Below are positions 24,570-26,959 of a stretch of 26,959 bases of DNA, piece after piece; within the stretch, counting starts at the first letter, position 1; the number at the start of each line of letters is the position of its first letter. The position numbers and the translations under genes were made by a program. The stretch spans positions 1-26,959 of the forward strand of contig CAUYYY010000001.1 in assembly GCA_963577165.1 (NCBI GenBank), read 5' to 3'. The stretch is from Planctomycetota bacterium (GTDB taxonomy: Bacteria; Planctomycetota; Planctomycetia; Pirellulales; CAUYYY01). The notes under the pieces are model-generated. The model was not told the DNA's origin and searched no databases. It saw only the letters and a list, made by a program, of their open reading frames with translations.

Positions 24570-25553
24570 ATGTCCTCTCGTCAATTTGCCAGTCAGCTTC
24601 GCCATCAAGATTCGGTCAACGAAGTCTATCTTGCTTCCGACAAGCAGTTGCGGCCGAATCGTAACGGCAACTTCTTTCTTCAGCTCGATCTGTCCGACCG
24701 CAGCGGATCGATCGCCGCGCGACTTTGGAACGCCAGCGAGAAGGATTTTGCGAGTTTCGAAAACGGTGACTACGTTCGCGTGGAAGGGGCCGCCCAACTT
24801 TTTCAAGGCAGCATGCAGATGATCACCACCTCGATTCTCAAGGTGCCGCACGCCGAAGTGAATGACGAAGACTTCGTTGTGCTCGGCTCTCAAGAGATCG
24901 ACCGCATGGCGACACGGCTCGGCGAGATACTTCGCGACATCCAATCGCCCCCTCTGCGGAACTTGGCCGAATGCTACCTGATGGACGAGACGTTCATGAG
25001 CCGCTTCACTCGGGCACCGGCCGGCGTGAAGAACCACCATGCCTATCAAGGTGGATTGGTCGAGCATGTTACGAACCTGATGGAGTTGATTCTGCGGATC
25101 GCCGATCGTTATCCCGAGTTGGATGCCGATCTGCTACTGGTCGGGGCGCTGGTACATGATTCCGGCAAGGTCGACGAGCTGAGCTACGAGCGAGATCTGG
25201 CCTACACCGACCAGGGACAATTGCTCGGACACATCGTGTTGGGCATGGGCATGCTCGAGGAAAAAATCCGCGAGGCAGAGCAACTTTCCGGCGAACCGAT
25301 TCCCGAAGATCTTATGCTGCAATTGAAACACTTGATCGTCAGCCATCATGGCGATCGCGAATTTGGCAGTCCGACGGTCCCGATGACGCTCGAAGCGGTC
25401 GCGTTGCATCACCTTGACAATCTCGACGCGAAGCTGCACCAGTTCAGCCAGTTGCTCCGTGACGACGTGAACACCGAGGGCTCCTGGACACGCTACCATC
25501 CGAACCTCGGACGGAAGCTGTACAAGAAGTCGAACTTACCGAACACCGCATGA
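24570..25553 (+). CDS. OB-fold/HD-domain 3'-5' exoribonuclease, YhaM family
   Basis: N-terminal OB fold (LDLSDRSGSIAARLW), APAGVKNHHAY.GGL.EH, LVHDSGK, HH..REFGSP..P, LDNLDAK. Confidence 0.9.
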   Translation: MSSRQFASQLRHQDSVNEVYLASDKQLRPNRNGNFFLQLDLSDRSGSIAARLWNASEKDFASFENGDYVRVEGAAQLFQGSMQMITTSILKVPHAEVNDEDFVVLGSQEIDRMATRLGEILRDIQSPPLRNLAECYLMDETFMSRFTRAPAGVKNHHAYQGGLVEHVTNLMELILRIADRYPELDADLLLVGALVHDSGKVDELSYERDLAYTDQGQLLGHIVLGMGMLEEKIREAEQLSGEPIPEDLMLQLKHLIVSHHGDREFGSPTVPMTLEAVALHHLDNLDAKLHQFSQLLRDDVNTEGSWTRYHPNLGRKLYKKSNLPNTA

Positions 25554-26959
25554 CGCACTCCGACCTGGAACAAAGCATACTGGAACATGTCGGCGCGGCC
25601 GGTTACAAGCCGGTCAAGCCCCGCGTGATCGCCAAAAATCTTGGCCTTTGCGACGATGCGGCGCGCAATCTGAAAAAGGCGGTCAAACGGCTCGTCCGAC
25701 AAGGCAAGCTCGCGTACGGCCAAAACCATCTGGTCGGGCTGCCGGCCGCCAGTGATTTGAAAACTACTTCGAACACTACTTCGAACACTGCTTCCGGCGC
25801 CAATTCAAACCGCGTCACCGGCGTGTTTCGTCGCCGTCAGGCAGGCTACGGATTCGTGCGGCCCAGCCACGCCCGGCCGAGCGATGGACGTAGCCAGGAC
25901 ATTTACGTCGCTACCAAGAACGCTCGCGATGCGTCCAGCGGCGACGTCGTCCTGGTGCGACTGCACAAACAGCGACCCCACCAGCGCGAACGGCCCGGTC
26001 CGAGTGGCGAGATCATCGAAATCATCGAGCGCGAGACGCATCGGTTCGTGGGCACCTATTTCGAGCGAGCCGGCTTGGCGCTCGTGCAAATCGACGGCGA
26101 AGTTTTTTCCCGAGCGATTCTGGTCGGCGATCCGACCGCCAGCGATGCTCAGATCAACGACAAAGTCGTTATCGAAATGGTCCGCTTCCCATCGCATGTT
26201 CACGATGGCGAAGCTGTGGTTATCGACGTACTCGGCCCGCGAGGTGACCCGGGCGTCGATACGATGACGATCATTCACGAGTTCAATCTGCCTGGCGAGT
26301 TTGACGAGGAGGTGCTCGACGCCGCTCGCCAACAGGCCGAGACGTTCGACGAATCGATACCTGAGGACCGTCTCGACCTGACCGGTGAAACGGTGATCAC
26401 CATCGATCCGGCCGACGCCCGCGATTTTGACGACGCGATTTCACTCACGAAAACAGCCGCCGGTCATTGGCTGCTCGGGGTCCACATCGCCGACGTATCG
26501 CACTTCGTACAGCCGCGAACGCCGCTCGATCAAGATGCCCGCGACCGCGCAACGAGCGTCTATCTGCCCGATCAAGTCATCCCCATGCTGCCCGAAATTA
26601 TCTCCAACAATCTCGCCAGTCTGCAACCCGATCGCCAGCGGTATACCCTCACCGCACAGATCGAGTTCACGGACAGCGGCACCCGCGTCGCCACCGACGT
26701 TCATGTCGCGGCGATCAAGAGCGCGCGGCGATTCACCTACGAGGAGGTCGACCAATACCTGGCCGATCGGTCGGCTTGGCGGAAAAAAATCAAGCCAGAA
26801 GTTCACTCTCTGCTGGGCAACATGCACTCTTTGGCAATGATTCTTCGGCGACTCCGCAGAGAGCGTGGCTCGTTGGAACTCACGATGCCCGAACTAAAAA
26901 TCGATCTGGATAAGCAAGGCCGGGTCGCTGGGGCTCACGTCGTCGAGAATACCATAAGC
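25550..26959 (+). CDS. rnr: Ribonuclease R, 3'-truncated by the window end
   Basis: Not in the ORF track (no stop). Manual translation from ATG 25550 is open to the end: N-terminal HTH-like segment, cold-shock domain (GYGFVRP), RNB motifs TIDPADARDFDDAISL, VHIADVSHFV, TSVYLPDQVIPMLP. Confidence 0.93.
   Translation, partial: MTHSDLEQSILEHVGAAGYKPVKPRVIAKNLGLCDDAARNLKKAVKRLVRQGKLAYGQNHLVGLPAASDLKTTSNTTSNTASGANSNRVTGVFRRRQAGYGFVRPSHARPSDGRSQDIYVATKNARDASSGDVVLVRLHKQRPHQRERPGPSGEIIEIIERETHRFVGTYFERAGLALVQIDGEVFSRAILVGDPTASDAQINDKVVIEMVRFPSHVHDGEAVVIDVLGPRGDPGVDTMTIIHEFNLPGEFDEEVLDAARQQAETFDESIPEDRLDLTGETVITIDPADARDFDDAISLTKTAAGHWLLGVHIADVSHFVQPRTPLDQDARDRATSVYLPDQVIPMLPEIISNNLASLQPDRQRYTLTAQIEFTDSGTRVATDVHVAAIKSARRFTYEEVDQYLADRSAWRKKIKPEVHSLLGNMHSLAMILRRLRRERGSLELTMPELKIDLDKQGRVAGAHVVENTIS

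Overview
A ~27 kb, GC-rich bacterial chromosomal window of mostly housekeeping genes. The gene set, hypothetical-protein families and intergenic repeat types suggest a Planctomycete (inference, no search run). Order: ruvA, two tandem frameshifted zinc-ribbon membrane-protein paralogs, ruvB; rpmF-fabD-fabG-acpP-fabF (no plsX or fabH); a secreted hypothetical; a second FabF-like gene whose catalytic Cys is replaced by Glu; nusA-infB-rbfA; an HhH-GPD-like protein with a Lys-rich tail; yebC; a minus-strand run of proS, DUF4416, a small membrane ORF, a DUF1573-like protein and a nucleotidase-like/tetraheme cytochrome fusion; and a divergent yhaM-like HD nuclease coupled to RNase R (cut by the window end). 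Most of the larger intergenic gaps hold short palindromic repeats from several families (REP/REPIN/MITE-like). No rRNA, tRNA, CRISPR array, transposase or integrase was recognised. Best leads: the Glu-His-Asn FabF paralog beside a fabH-less fab cluster, the apparently inactive glycosylase fold with a histone-like tail, the degenerate nucleotidase-tetraheme fusion operon, the multi-family repeat system, and a perfect 3x23-bp repeat in the nusA leader.
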